Shown: positions 38,216-50,940 of the stretch, piece by piece
How positions within the stretch are numbered: the first letter of the stretch is position 1
Layout of the letters: the number at the start of each line of letters is the position of its first letter
Assembly (NCBI GenBank): GCA_030264375.1
Contig: JASCQW010000132.1
Location: 89,949,275-90,013,274, forward strand
Reading direction: 5' to 3'
Source: Carcharhinus longimanus
Lineage: Eukaryota
DNA: 64,000 nt
The notes under the pieces: generated by a model
What the model was told of the DNA's origin: nothing
Database searches by the model: none
What the model saw: the letters and a program-made list of their open reading frames with translations, nothing else
Program-made: the position numbers and the translations under genes

Positions 38216-38410
38216 GGGCAGGATTTTTCGGCCCTTTCCACTGGTGGGATCCTGTGGTCTCACCAAAGACGACCCTGCGGCAGGTTTTCTAGCAATGGGA
38301 CAGGCAAGCCATGCAAAACACCCTATGCATCAATGGGACTGGAAGATCCTGCCAGTGAGTCATCTCTGCTACCATGAAACACTCTTCAGAGGAGCCAGAA
38401 AATCCCACAC
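38216..38410. mobile_element. Harbinger-like MITE (family B) in CR1
   Basis: TIRs gggcaggattttt / gaaaatcccacac. 3-bp flanks cat/cac. CR1 sequence resumes on both sides. Confidence 0.7.
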
Positions 38411-39161
38411 CACATCTACTGGTTCCCCTTTATCCACCCTGATTGTCATATCATCAAATAGCTCTAATAATTTGTCAAACACAATTTCCCTTTCGTGAAA
38501 CCATGTTAGCTCTTCTTGGTTGTATTGTAATTTTCTAAATGTTTTGCTACTACTCCCTTAATAATGGATTCCAGCATTTCCCCCATGACTGATGTTACAT
38601 TAAGTAGCCTGTAGTTTCCTGTTTTCTGTCTCCCTCTTGAAAGGAGGTGTTACATTTGTGGTTTTTCAATCCACTGGGACCTTTCTAAACTCTGGGGACC
38701 TTTGGAAGATCACAACTAATGCTCCTTATATTTCTGTAGCCTCTTCTTTGAAGACTTGAGAATGTAGGCTATTGGGTCGAGGGGACTTGTCATCCCTTAG
38801 TCCCATTAATTTTCCCGGTACTTTTTCTCCAGTGATTGTGATTAAGTTTGTCCATTGCTTTTGCCATTTCATTTTCTACTATTATTATTGAGGTGTTTTT
38901 AGTATCATCTTACCGTAAAGATAGATACAGAATAATTATTCCTTGTTCCCATTATTAATTCCCCAGTCTCACCCACCAAGGGACCAGTGTTTACTTTAGC
39001 TATTCTCTGCCTTTTTATATACTCGTAGAAGCTCCTACTGACTGTTTTTACATTTCTTGCTAGTCTACTTTGATATTATAATTGCTTCCTTTTTAGTATT
39101 TTTTAGTCATCCTTTGCAAGTTTCTAAAGTGTTCCCAATCTTCTGGCTTACCACTAATGAA

Positions 39162-39385
39162 GTAAGAAGTCTGACAACACCAGGTTTAAGTCCAACCGAT
39201 TTATTTGATAGTAAACTCACAAGCTTTCGACAGCTTCGACAGTGGAACTCTCCATCCACCTGACGAAGAGGGAAACCTCAAAAGCTTGAGTTTACTATCA
39301 AATAAATCGGTTGGACTTAAACCTGGTGTTATCAGACTTCTTACTGTGTTGACCCCAGTCCAACGACGGCATCTCCACATCATGA
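39162..39385 (+). mobile_element. Minimal Penelope-like insertion (inverted pLTR hairpin) in CR1
   Basis: About 65-bp inverted arms (39161-39227 and 39281-39345), a ctgacga hammerhead core, a tail ccccagtccaacgacggcatctccacatcatg, and a 14-bp direct repeat ttaccactaatgaa on both sides. Confidence 0.8.
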
Positions 39386-41993
39386 TTACCACTAATGAAT
39401 GCAGCACCATATGGCTTTTATTTCATTTTGATACCACTTTTATTTAGTTTTCCACACATTATGCATCCTTCTAATGAATTCTATCCTTCTCAATGGTATG
39501 TACCTCTGTTGAGAATTATCAAATATCTCCTAAAATGTCTGCCACTGCTTTTCTACTGTCACACATTTTAAGCTATTTTCCCAGTCCACTGTAATCAACT
39601 CTGCAATTGTATATTTAAGTTTAATGCGCTAGTTTCGGATCCAAGTTTCTTGACCACAAACTGAATGTGAAATTTTGTCGTGTTATGGTTACTGTCACGT
39701 AAAGATTTACGATGAGATCATTAATTACACCTGTCTCACCATCCATAACCATGTCTGAATTTACCTGTTTCCTAGTTAGTTGGAAAATATATTGTTCTAA
39801 CAAACTGGCTTGAATACACTGCATGAAATCCTTCTCAAGGTTATATTTTGCTGATTTGATTGACTTTGTGTGAAGTTTAAAATTGCTCAAGATTATTGTA
39901 AGTACCTTTCTTCCGAACCCTCACAATTTAATGACATAGACTCTCAAGTAACATCTTAAGTAATATATAAATGCAAGTCTTTTAATTTTACAATAGTGGA
40001 CTAAATTGTTGCAGTGAAAATTATCAATTTTCAAATATTACTGAATGAGATGGTGAGAAAATGGGTTATTGATCTACAAGTAAAATATATTGTCAAAAAA
40101 GTATTAAATTCCAATCATTTCTTCCTCCGAGTTAAATTTTATTTCATATGAATGTGCAGAGGGAGTTTGAATATACATATAATAAAGGCTTCTTCAAAGC
40201 GCAGCGGTTCATTTATCAATGATGCTGTTGAGAGATTGCTGTGTACTGTGAGTTAAAGGAGTTTGGCATTCAAGGGCATCCAATCCAGAGAAAAAATCAC
40301 CTGGAGTGCCTCACAGGAGATAGCTGACAGCTCTCTGCAATATCTCGAGTCTGCCAATGTGGCAGAAGATGGAAGGCCTGAGGAAAAATACCAAGGCAAT
40401 TCTCCCCAGTAGATTCCTCACTGTCCCATTTGTGCATAACGTAGAGCAGGTGCTCAGAACCTGTTACAGCCTTGAAAAACTTTCACATAACTTTACAGCC
40501 TGTTCAGTTCTCAGTAAGCATGACCATTCTGCAGCATAGCATTCATACACACATCTTATTCACACAGCAAACCCTTTGATAAATCNNNNNNNNNNNNNNN
40601 NNNNNNNNNNNCAAAATGGACGACATGTCAGGCAGATATCTTTCGCTGCCGGTGTTTCTCAAACTTACATCTCAAGTCAAGTTCTGTGCTTGCCAGACAG
40701 GATAGTGGTTAAAACATAGAACAGAGCCATACTGGAGCGGGGCAGCTCAGAAATGACAAACTCTTCACTGCCTTTGTAAAGTTCATCCAGGGCATCCTTG
40801 CCTATGAATTCATTGAGGGAGCGGGAAAGATGGAGTGGTGGCTGATAGTACCCTGCAATAGTTATTTCTCGTTCTTATAACCAGCAGTACAATATGTGTC
40901 CTTGTTCAGCCAGTATAGGCCTGGGAAGAGCTGTCCACCAACACCAAAAGTGACCTCTTCCCTTCCTGTCCCACTGCACTGTAGAACCCACAAATACATT
41001 TACAAGCTCCCTCACTGCTACACACATTCTGCAGGATGCAGACAGCAGTGTGCACAGGCAAGATGGACAAGCTCTGGCACCAGAGGAGTGCAGTAATCTG
41101 TTGCGGGCACACTCTCAATGATCCCTAGGTAATTGTGAAATCCAGCAGTGCGATAATAATTGACAGCTGTGCTGTACACCTCTTGCTGTTCACGGAGGAA
41201 GAGGTAGAAAGTGTGAACCTTGCAAACAAGTTGTCAGTCACTTATTTGATAGACTCCTGGACAGCAAATTGATCAAGTGTAAGTAATGCCTTTGCTGGCC
41301 TCAACAACTTCAGTCTGGAAAAGCTGAGGTTTGAAATAATCTTGACATTCCGTTAATAATATTGTCCCTTTGATGACCATTAGCTGCACTGCCTTTGTAA
41401 CAGATGGTGCAAGTCTGCAAAAGTCATCTTGCTGACCCAGATTCTGGGGAGGCAGTTCCCTTGGCCATTGCCAAGTAATGTGCCGAAGTCAATAGATATA
41501 CTTGTTGTCATAATGTCAGCCGCAGATATTCTGACTCAGCTGTCACCTGATCTTCCTGGATTACTTCTTTTCATCTATCTTTATCTTCTTGCAGAAAATC
41601 CAACGATAGAACTTTGAGAGTAAATCACGTTTCAAAAAGAAAATTACAGAATGCCTGTAAGAGCTCCCTTCCCAGCTGGAGATAGCCTCAGTGGCCCTTT
41701 AATACTCACCTTAAATAGGTGGACTTAATTCAGTTGATAACTTGTCATTAAAGACTGAAAGCTGAGTTCCTTGGCCTAATGCCTTGTCAACAGATAAGGA
41801 AGCATATTCTGCATCAGTTGTGGGAGATACACAACTCTGCAGTGGTTATTTTTGTAGCTGTTGAGTTTGCAAAGTCCAGATTTTCTCACTTTTTAGTCTT
41901 AATTCTTGGCAGAATTGTTTCTGTGTAGTAGAATTTTTACCTTGATAGTTTGGTGTGGCTTTCTAAATCCACCTGATGGGCAGAAGTTAATCG

Positions 41994-42335
41994 TAGAATC
42001 CCTCCTGTGCAAAAGGAGGCCATTCAGCCCATTGAGTCAGCACTGACCACAATCCCGCCCAGGCCCTATTCCTGCGACTCCTCCTATTTACCCTGCTGAT
42101 CCCCCTGACACTAGGATCAAGTTATCATGGCCAATCAACCTATCCCGCACATCTTTGGACTGTAGGAGGAAACCGGAGCACCCAGAGGAAACCCACACAG
42201 ACACAGGGAGAATGTACAAACTCCACATAGACAGTGATCCAAGGCTAGAGTTGAACCCGGGTCCCTGGCACTGCGAAGCAGCAGTGGTAGGCTCTGTGAG
42301 GCAGCAGTGCTAACCACTGTGCCACCATGCTACCC
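41994..42335 (-). mobile_element. HE1/V-SINE
   Basis: Full head, V-domain and CR1-type tail, with a small internal duplication of gcagcagtg. Confidence 0.9.
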
Positions 42336-43239
42336 TGCTCGCAGGTAGGTTTGGGTTGAGGAGAGCCTTAGTTGGGAAGGGTGCGGGGGATATCTGCCTT
42401 TCCAACAGAGTGTCCTTTCCAACTAGAGGCCAACTGAAGCACATAAAATGGCTGCATTAGGACCAATTAATGGCCTCATCCCATTGCTGCAAGTGAGGAA
42501 GTCGCCATCCTGGGAGGCTGCCCAGCACAACCTTTATGGTGTAAATGCAGCCTGTCTGAGTGGTCAGATCATCTTCATTCATGACCACTCTGTGCCCTAT
42601 TGCGGGACTCTACACTGAAAAGGGGGATCCCGCAGGAAGCCACCCCCTGCCCTTGCTTCCAGCCCCTCTCCCCCAACCTCAAAGGTGACCCCCTCCACGT
42701 GACCGCAATCCCACCCATATACACCCCTCTCCAAGGGTCCATCAGAGAGAGGCTCCACTGTAATAACCAGCATGGACACCACTCTTGGCGGCGCTGCCAG
42801 GACTGGAGAGCTGCCAGTCCCTGAATGGCCAGCATGTCTCGGGGCTGAGGCTTCTGCCATCCTGGGAGGCTGAATGGGATGTCCAATGATTGGAATGTAT
42901 TAGTGCTGGGCTTTTTGGAGGAAAGCAAGGCTTCCTTGAGTACTCCAACCATTGGGCCTGAGCCACATTAATTCTTGACCAATATATTGTGCTTGGAGTA
43001 CAAACTTCCTCTGAAAAGAACACTATTCTATTGGGTAGTACACAAAGACATTCTAGACATGCACAACCTGTTTAGCAGGCTCTTAAGACAAAGTAGTATT
43101 ACATTTCACTGAACATTCTTGGAATTATTCTAATTACACTTCAGAGAGTGAGCAGCACAATGAAACAGATCTGGGAAAATAAATACAAATTACAAATGAG
43201 GCTCATTTTAAATCATCCATTCAGAGAGATTCTGACTTT

Positions 43240-43660
43240 CCCTCATTTACCTTTAGTAATCTATTGTTTCTTCAATGATTCCACAATTGTCCCACTATTC
43301 TATCTAGAAGTATATGCCACATGTTCACTTTGTGTGAAGAAGAACTTCTTAGTGGCGCTAAAATCTGGACTAGTTCTCTAATTCTGCTATAATAGTTTAA
43401 AGTGATATTTTGGGTTCAAGTTTTTTATCTTCTATTCAGTTTTATATATCTGTTCAAGATGATTTCTCAGATCCTTCCAGGCTGAAAAGCCTTAGTTTTA
43501 GTTCCCCTGGTCTTTCCTTAAAGCATCAAACCCCATGGAAAACAGCTTCATGGCTCTTCTCAGTACTTCCTTTGACACTTGAATATATCTCTTGTTACTT
43601 GAAGATCAGAATTGGGTGTAGTATTCAAGATGTGGTCTGACTAGAGCGCTGTAAGATTGA
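43240..43660 (-). mobile_element. CR1 fragment
   Basis: Minus ORF gives YSALVRPHLEYYTQF. Confidence 0.65.
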
Positions 43661-43679
43661 ACACTGCTTCCTCTGACTG

Positions 43680-44460
43680 GTACCACTTCCATCCTCACCT
43701 CAAACAGTACATAGATATGTTTGTCACTAAGATTGAAACCATCTGCTGATTCCCTCCTTTCCTCTAGCCCAATGGGCCAAACTTTCTGGAGAATGTTCTG
43801 CCCCATTCCTGAACTTGGATTACTCTCCATTTTGTCTCAGGCCACCTGGGAGAGGCAGATTGTCTGCCCTCATACCCTGTCCAAGCTCATCAAATGCATG
43901 ACACTCACCACCTGCCCCCTCATCCTGAGTCTCAATAAACTGATGTTCAGTCAAATTCCTCCTTCATTCCCATGTCAATGGATCTCTTTCTTCAGTTACT
44001 ATTGCTCCCTCCTTCAAATTTGCCACCTTCACCCTTCTATTCACAAAACCAACCCTTGACCCACACTTTCTCCAACCTCCCTTTCCTCTCCAAAGTCTTA
44101 GAATGTTGTTGCCTCTCAAATCCATTCCCACCTTTCCTGGAACTTTGTGTTTGAATCTTTCCAATGAGGTTTTTGCCCCACTGTAGTACCAAAACGATTT
44201 TTAAAATACTCACGAATGTATGCTACATGACTGTGATGAATGTAGACAATTCTCCCATGTCCTTTGTCTGCAACCTTTGTCCCCATCCTCTAACAGTACC
44301 ACTCCCGATTTCATCAAGTTGAGTGGTGCTGCCCTCACCTGGTTCTATTTGTATTTATCTAATCATCACGGTAATGACTTCTCTTCCCATTTCTAAACCA
44401 TTATCTCTGGTGTTCCTTAAGCATCTATCCTTGGCCCACTCCTATTTTTCATTTCTATGC
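43680..44460 (+). mobile_element. L2 LINE fragment
   Basis: FSNLPFLSKVLE RT motif in a pyrimidine-rich L2-like context. Confidence 0.7.
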
Positions 44461-46454
44461 TGCCCTGAAGTGACTAGAAACAGCAGAAACAATCTTACCA
44501 GCTAGTCATGCCGGTTGATCGGCGTGGCAAACTGGTAAGATCCAAGAGAGGCGAAAAACTGGCACTGGATTACGTGTGAGTTCATAGGTGAGGTATACCT
44601 AGGCTCGACACTCGGGATGATATTGACAGTGACCTGCTTAGAAAGACCCACTCTTTCTGCTGCAAAACTTCTGAATGTTGAGTTGGATAGTGAGTTGTGT
44701 ATATGTCCTTTCATTTCTGCTACTGCTGGAGTCTTCAGCACAGTATGGATCCCTACCTGCTGGGTGGTAATCAGATTGTGCATTTGGATCATTTTCTCTC
44801 CTCAATGGGTTCCACTGTTTCTGATTTCCGTCCTATAAGATTCTTTTGTCCACTCATCTGTTGAGTGAAGCTCTCTGCTCAATGCTTCACCTCACAAAAT
44901 CAAAGCTACATCTTCTAACTAATTTTACTGTACTTGGGATTACATAACAGGGAGATAACTAGAATGATAATGACATTGGGACTTTGTGGAAGAGGTTTCT
45001 TTCCTCAGACATTAACTATAAAACAGGTTCACTAGATGACTGTGTTTAGTTGGAGAAAGTACCTTATTTTCCCGATGGTATTATTGAGCATTTTCAATGC
45101 GTTGTGAACCTTTACACACTGAAGTCAACCTTCTTTGTGTCATTCTGCTGAGATGCTTTCAGCTGGCCTGTGGTATCTGATGAGATTTAATTGAATGATT
45201 TCACAGTTGTGGACCCTCTGTAAGTTCATCTCATTAGTGTAGGAATACCGACTGTGTACTGACTGGAGTGTTACATTGTATATTTGTTTCACCAAAATAA
45301 ATATCTTCTGTGAAATGAAGCTGCCACAGCCTCTGAGGAGACTCTTTGATTTGCCTCCACATCCCCCATATCCTTGACAGTTGCAAAATGCCTAAGGGTG
45401 CTTGAATATTGTGGAGTAATTTCTGTTTGGGTGCCTAATTGTCAGCTGTGATACTTCATGTGGCCACATCCAAGGAACTTGGGTGGTACCAGAGCCATTT
45501 CTGCATAAAGATCACAATATAATCCAAAAATAATGAATGACTGGAAAGAAATTCAGGCTAATGTCAGTTTCAATTACCTGATAATTAATATGCGCCAGTG
45601 AGGAACTTTGCAGGATGTCTGGATATGCACTGCCATTGTAGGTATTGCGGTGAATATTTGAATGGGGACCTTCTCAACAGCTATTCACCTCCTCCCAGCC
45701 AGTATAAGAGAGCTATTCAGTTGGCTCAACACAGGCCGAATGAAGTTCTTCACTGAAATGGCTTACGGGCATTGTGATGGGCAGAAGTGGAATCCTGTAA
45801 AAGTTGACCTTATTTTTTCAAATATGTCAAAAAAAATTAAAATTTAGGTAAGGTAAACCACCTGGTCATAAATATAGTGGAATGCTTAATTTTGTGCTGT
45901 CCCTAATTATAACATAATTACCACATTCTCATTTTTAATGCATTTGCAACAGTAATTAGGGGGTCAAAGTCAATTCTTGTGGGGCAGTGCTAATCTAATT
46001 TAATTTTCTGGGGTATTCTTGCATATCAAATACATGTTATATAAAATGTATTTTGTGGCAATGTTTAGAAACTAATTTTTAGACTGATGCAGACGACTGT
46101 TTTCATAATAGAACTGAGTCTGTGGCTCTCATTGTTTTCCAACAAAGCTTTATAAAAACAGAAGCATCTCAGAAAAATTCTAAGTTATCCATCATAGAAA
46201 CACTAGAATTTTTCAAATATGAGGAGCAACATGGAAAATCTGGCAATCCCAGAAAAGACCCATTAATCTTCAGGAATTTGCGGGACCAGGAAATCCCGGC
46301 CAATGATACAAGCACGGAAGAGCATTAGAAGTTAGAATTGAACAGTCATATTTCACAAATTATCACAGTTTACAAACTTTTTGTTTATTCATTCTCAGGA
46401 TATGGGCCTCTCTGACAAGACCAGTATTTATTGACTATCCTGGATTTCCTGTGA

Positions 46455-46760
46455 GAAGTTTATCTATTAGGGTCACAAGTAGGCTTACATGAAGACTGCA
46501 ATTAAGTTGTTCTGAAAATCCCCTAGTTGCCATACGCCGACGTCTGTTCGGGTACACTGAGGGAGAATTTAGCATGGCCAATGCACCTAACCAGCACATC
46601 TTTCGAACTGTGGCTGGAAACCAAAGCACCCAGAGGAAACCCACGCAGACACGGGGAGAATGTGCAGACTCCACACATTACAGTGACTTAAGCTGGGAAC
46701 CAAATGCGGGTCCCTGGTGCTGTGAGGCAGCAGTGCAAACCACCATGCCACCATGCCGCT
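46455..46760 (-). mobile_element. V-SINE with type 2 tail, inserted into a LINE 3' end (46380-46860)
   Basis: gtcacaagtaggcttacat...ctgttcgggtacactgagggagaatttagcatggcc...gcagcagtgcaaaccaccatgcc. Confidence 0.88.
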
Positions 46761-47424
46761 ACTAGCCTTGCTCATGAACCACTGCAGTCCATTTTAAGGT
46801 GGTCCCACAATGCTCTTAGGTGAAGAGTTGGAGGATTTTGACCCAATGACACTGACTCAGAGGGGAACTTGGATAAATCATTTATGTATATATTTTGAGC
46901 AGTTTATTTTGTGAAACATATTGACACATTGAACTGTGCACCCTCTACCGAAGATTTTCTTGCCTCAGACTGCAATGTTGTGCATAATATGGACAGTGGC
47001 TTTGTCAAATGTATTTTCTATGCTCAGCACTAGTCTACAGTACATATGGTTGATCAATTAATTAATCAAAAGAATCATGAGTAATAATTAATGTTTATAA
47101 TTGCTGGATGTCTGACAATTTGTCTCTCTATAGCAGTCAATAATATGGTTGCTATTGCAGGTTCACCATTGTCCATGCTTTATAGACTTTTATATTGAGG
47201 TGCCTAATCCTTGGTATTCCTTCAAAGATATTCAGCTGCTTTCTACAGGCCCCTGCATCTATCTTGGTTTTACAAATTTTGAGCATTTCTTTAAAGGCAG
47301 TCTTCACCCAGTTATTTCAACATCCACTTGGTTAGGTAATGAATGCATTTAATGAATCCTTTTGGTGCAGTGTGAATGTCTTGCTCCCTGAGACTTGTCT
47401 TGTGCAATGGTGTGGTTCGGCTTT

Positions 47425-47750
47425 CATAGAACATAGAACACTACAGCACAAACAGGCCCTTCAGCCCACGAGTTGCGCCGATCACATCAACACCTACCAA
47501 CNNNNNNNNNNNNNNNNNNNNNNNNNNNNNNNNNNNNNNNNNNNNNNNNNNNNNNNNNNNNNNNNNNNNNNNNNNNNNNNNNNNNNNNNNNNNNNNNNNN
47601 NACTTCATAAGGCATGCCTCCCAGTCCAGGCAACATCCTTGTAAATCTCCTCTGTACCCTTTCAATAGCTTCTATGTCCTTCCTATAGTGAGGCGACCAG
47701 AACTGCGCACAGTACTCCAAATGAGGCCTGACAAGGGTCTTATAAAGACC
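47425..47750 (-). mobile_element. CR1 3' end (spans gap)
   Basis: catagaacatagaaca tail. Minus ORF gives EYCAQFWSPHYRKDIEAIERVQRRFTRMLPG. Confidence 0.88.
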
Positions 47751-48833
47751 CTTCCTCTTTCTGCTGCTGTCAATGTAAACTCAACTTAACAGAAATGAAC
47801 TGGCTATCTTCTGGTTGTTTAGCTGATGCATTTTCATTATCATGTGTCGTATTCCATTGTATGGCTTGACTTACCTCCATGGGAGACCCGGAAAAGCTAA
47901 ATATGTCGAATTATGTCTCATAACCAGCTGGTTACTGCCCAATTGGCTTAATGCCTCCTAAAGGACTTTATCCAAGTTGACTCCTCTCCACATTTAAGGA
48001 AAGATTCCTGAACTACTCTTTTTTTAACCAAAGAAGCTATTCAGAATTTAAATAAAAACCGAGGGGTTGAATGGCCTACTTCCACTCCTATTTTGTAAAA
48101 GTCTTGTTACTTGGACATGCGAGCTGTCCTAACATCAAAACATAAAATCTGCCAGGATCTGCAGAATCCTTGTATCAGTTTAATATTCATAGCACAAATC
48201 AGAGGTGAAAGTACAATTTGGTGACTGATTTGATATTGGATTCATTCACTTATTTGATATTGCATTTCCCTATAACGGCATTATCTTCAGGAAAAATCAT
48301 ATTAGCCAACCTTTTATCGTGGCCTCCTAGCATGATATATATCTTGCATATATCTTATTGGAAAAGATTTTTGTGTTGCTTCTATGTGAAAATTATGTTT
48401 TTTTCAATTAATTGATGGGATGTGGACGTTGCTGGCTCGGTCAGCACTTAATGCCCATCCCTGGTTGTCCTTGAGAAGGTGGTGGTACAGCTGCCACCTT
48501 GAACTTCTGCGGTGCTCCTGGTTCTCTCCATCATGGCCAACAACAAATGTTTGTCAAACACAAATTCATAAAGATAGTTACCTTTTAAATAATGTAAAAA
48601 TCTTAATCTGAACAATGAATTCCAGGCAGCTCCAGTAAAAGGGCTCAGATACATCTTTTAAATTAACTGAACTATTGACCATTTCTATGTTCCTGCAAAA
48701 TATGATCAGTTTAATGTGATAATAATTCTGTGATTTAGAAGCTATGAGATAAATAACAATAGTTTAGTTGGTGTCAACATACAGTTATTTCAGAACTCAT
48801 TATTTAACAATCGTTACAATTTCTTTTTTTTAG

Positions 48834-48880
48834 ACTGGAATGGCTTTAACCTATGATCCAACCGCTGCTATGCAGAACGG
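48834..48880 (+). CDS. rbms3: RBMS3 internal coding exon (47 bp)
   Basis: Acceptor ttctttttttttag, donor GG|gtgagt. Translates TGMALTYDPTAAMQNG, matching RBMS3 GMALTYDPTAA(I)QNG. Phase 0 to 2. Confidence 0.95.
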
Positions 48881-49727
48881 GTGAGTATTTTCTGGAGACG
48901 TGTGCCGGCTTCTTATAAATTATTGGTGTGTTAGATGAACCTCAAGTTACCACCTCCTTCTCCCAATGCCGTTCCAAATGTAGCAAAGAGCCACACANNN
49001 NNNNNNNNNNNNNNNNNNNNNNNNNNNNNNNNNNNNNNNNNNNACTAGCATTTACAAATGATATGGTAGTAATGCAATTCCATAATTCTTGCTGCCACTG
49101 CTAGCATTCTAGGAGGAATTGCCAAAACACCTTTAACTGCAGGACAGCAGAACTGAATTCCACCTCTCTGCTTTTGCAGTTGGTTGCTGGTCTGGTATGC
49201 TTTTGTGATAACAAAATTAATACAAATGCTATCTTTAAAATATATATTGAAATCCATATTTGCACGAGTTTAACTATTTGGGGGAGGGATGCCAACAATG
49301 GGGAAAATACATTTTAAGTCCAGTATTTTTCTGCTGTAGATAAAGATAAGCAGCAGGCTTTGGCAAGGAAACTGGTGACAACAGACACATCTAGCTGCAC
49401 CCAGCACTCCACCATATATATATGTATGGGAACATGTTTATGTACATACATATAGCAGAGAGAACAATAGTGTCCTCTAAGGCATATGTTGGCAAACAAC
49501 TTGACAATTAAACCTTATGTCTAATGGATGTTTTTAAGTTGGAGCAGTCAGGATTGCCCAGTCTTTGATGTGCATAATTTTACAGTGAACCATTGTAAAT
49601 GTGTTCCTCATGGACCTGGCTGCTCAAAAACACAGCATATTGTAGCAGTTGGAAAGGGAATGATGCCAGCTGTGGTTTTTGTCTGGAATTTCTTTTCTTT
49701 TACTAATATTGTGCTTACTTCCTACAG

Positions 49728-49824
49728 TTTTTATTCTTCACCATACAGTATTGCAACAAATCGTATGATTGCACAGACATCTATCACACCTTTCATTGCT
49801 GCTTCTCCTGTTTCAACATATCAG
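49728..49824 (+). CDS. rbms3: RBMS3 internal coding exon (97 bp)
   Basis: Branch point tactaat at 49701, acceptor cctacag, donor CAG|gtaggg. Translates (G)[32 protein letters not shown]. Phase 2 to 0, in frame with the 47-bp exon. Confidence 0.96.
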
Positions 49825-50789
49825 GTAGGGGTGAATGATCCACTGCTCTTTAATTTTTTCCCATTATTCTGTTCATCATTAACCACACAAGGACTACATC
49901 CAATTTTTATATTTTTTTTGTTTCTGGAAGGCCATTTAATGCATGCAAATTGGTCAAAAAGCCTTGTAGAATTTTTGATTACTTGGAGCTATCTGGAAGG
50001 AGGTCTACAAGGAGGGGTTGGATGTGTTGGAGCTGAGGTTCAGAATATTCTTTTTCATATTTGTTGTCATCCTGTCCTTCCTAAGCTTTATATGAATCCC
50101 CTGCAGCGGTTTATTCAGTGGGAGGGTTGGTATAAGTTATTTCTGATGCATCTTACTCAGGCCATTTTACAGCTCCTTTGCCTGGTCTTGGTTTTCTACA
50201 CTAATTAGGTGTCTTCTTTGGTGAACTGCAGCTTCTACAACTCACCAAGAAGTTATTTTGTCAAAAATCTCACCCCGGCCCCCTCCCTCCACTTCCTCAA
50301 ATATGGCTGTGGTGGGGCTGGAGGAGGCCTCAAAGTGATTGTGAAGTGCTGGCATCCCAGTCTGCCGCTGGGAGGCCATCTTCAGTCTCAGACTTTGCTT
50401 CCAACACAATGGGGCCAGACACCTACTGGAAAACTTCAGCTAGCACTTCATCAGTGGCCTTAATTCTGCATCCATCCACCTCCATTTATACCTTCATGTT
50501 GGCTTCCAAGTCCTGCTCCAGATCTGAGTGATCTGCTGCATCGCAAGGCATACAAGCGCACGTGCAACCTCCCCTCATACTATCGGTGAAGTGAATGACT
50601 TATTGAAGCATTGGTTATTATTCAGTCAGTCTTTCAGAAAGGTGACCATGGGGTTCTGTACATTTCACAATTGAGTTAAATTTGATTTTTGACAGCACCT
50701 GACATCATTAATTGTGCAACTGCCCTGCATCACATATAGATTATTTAGTCAATATACAATGAAAAGTGGAGTAGGGCTAGGGAAATGGT

Positions 50790-50940
50790 AGAGTTTTATC
50801 AAATATTTGATTGACAAAGGAGTCAAGGGTTGCAGGAGATGGGCAGGAAAGTGGATTTAAGGTTGCAGTCTGATGATCTTACTGAATGATGGAGCAGGCT
50901 CAAAGGGGCCAAATGGCTTTCTGCTGCAATTCTTTATGGT
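50790..50940 (+). mobile_element. CR1 3' end fragment
   Basis: ggagtcaaggg...ggagcaggctcaaaggggccaaatggc. Confidence 0.6.

Larger units (their letters stand above)
37430..39960 (-). mobile_element. Long degenerate CR1 LINE (host of nested insertions)
   Basis: Minus ORF gives GSVLGLQLFIIYINNLDEGIKCIIAKFSDNT (RT) and further CR1 ORF2 pieces such as FMQCIQASLLEQY. Confidence 0.85.

Noticed and set aside
39161-39345. Bona fide microRNA gene or DNA-transposon MITE
   Set aside because: The arms, hammerhead core, asymmetric tail and long TSD fit a Penelope-like retroelement. No known miRNA was recognised.
49528-50208. 226-aa ORF, the longest in the track
   Set aside because: Only 49728-49824 is RBMS3-like and it is bounded by splice sites. 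The rest is chance open intron.
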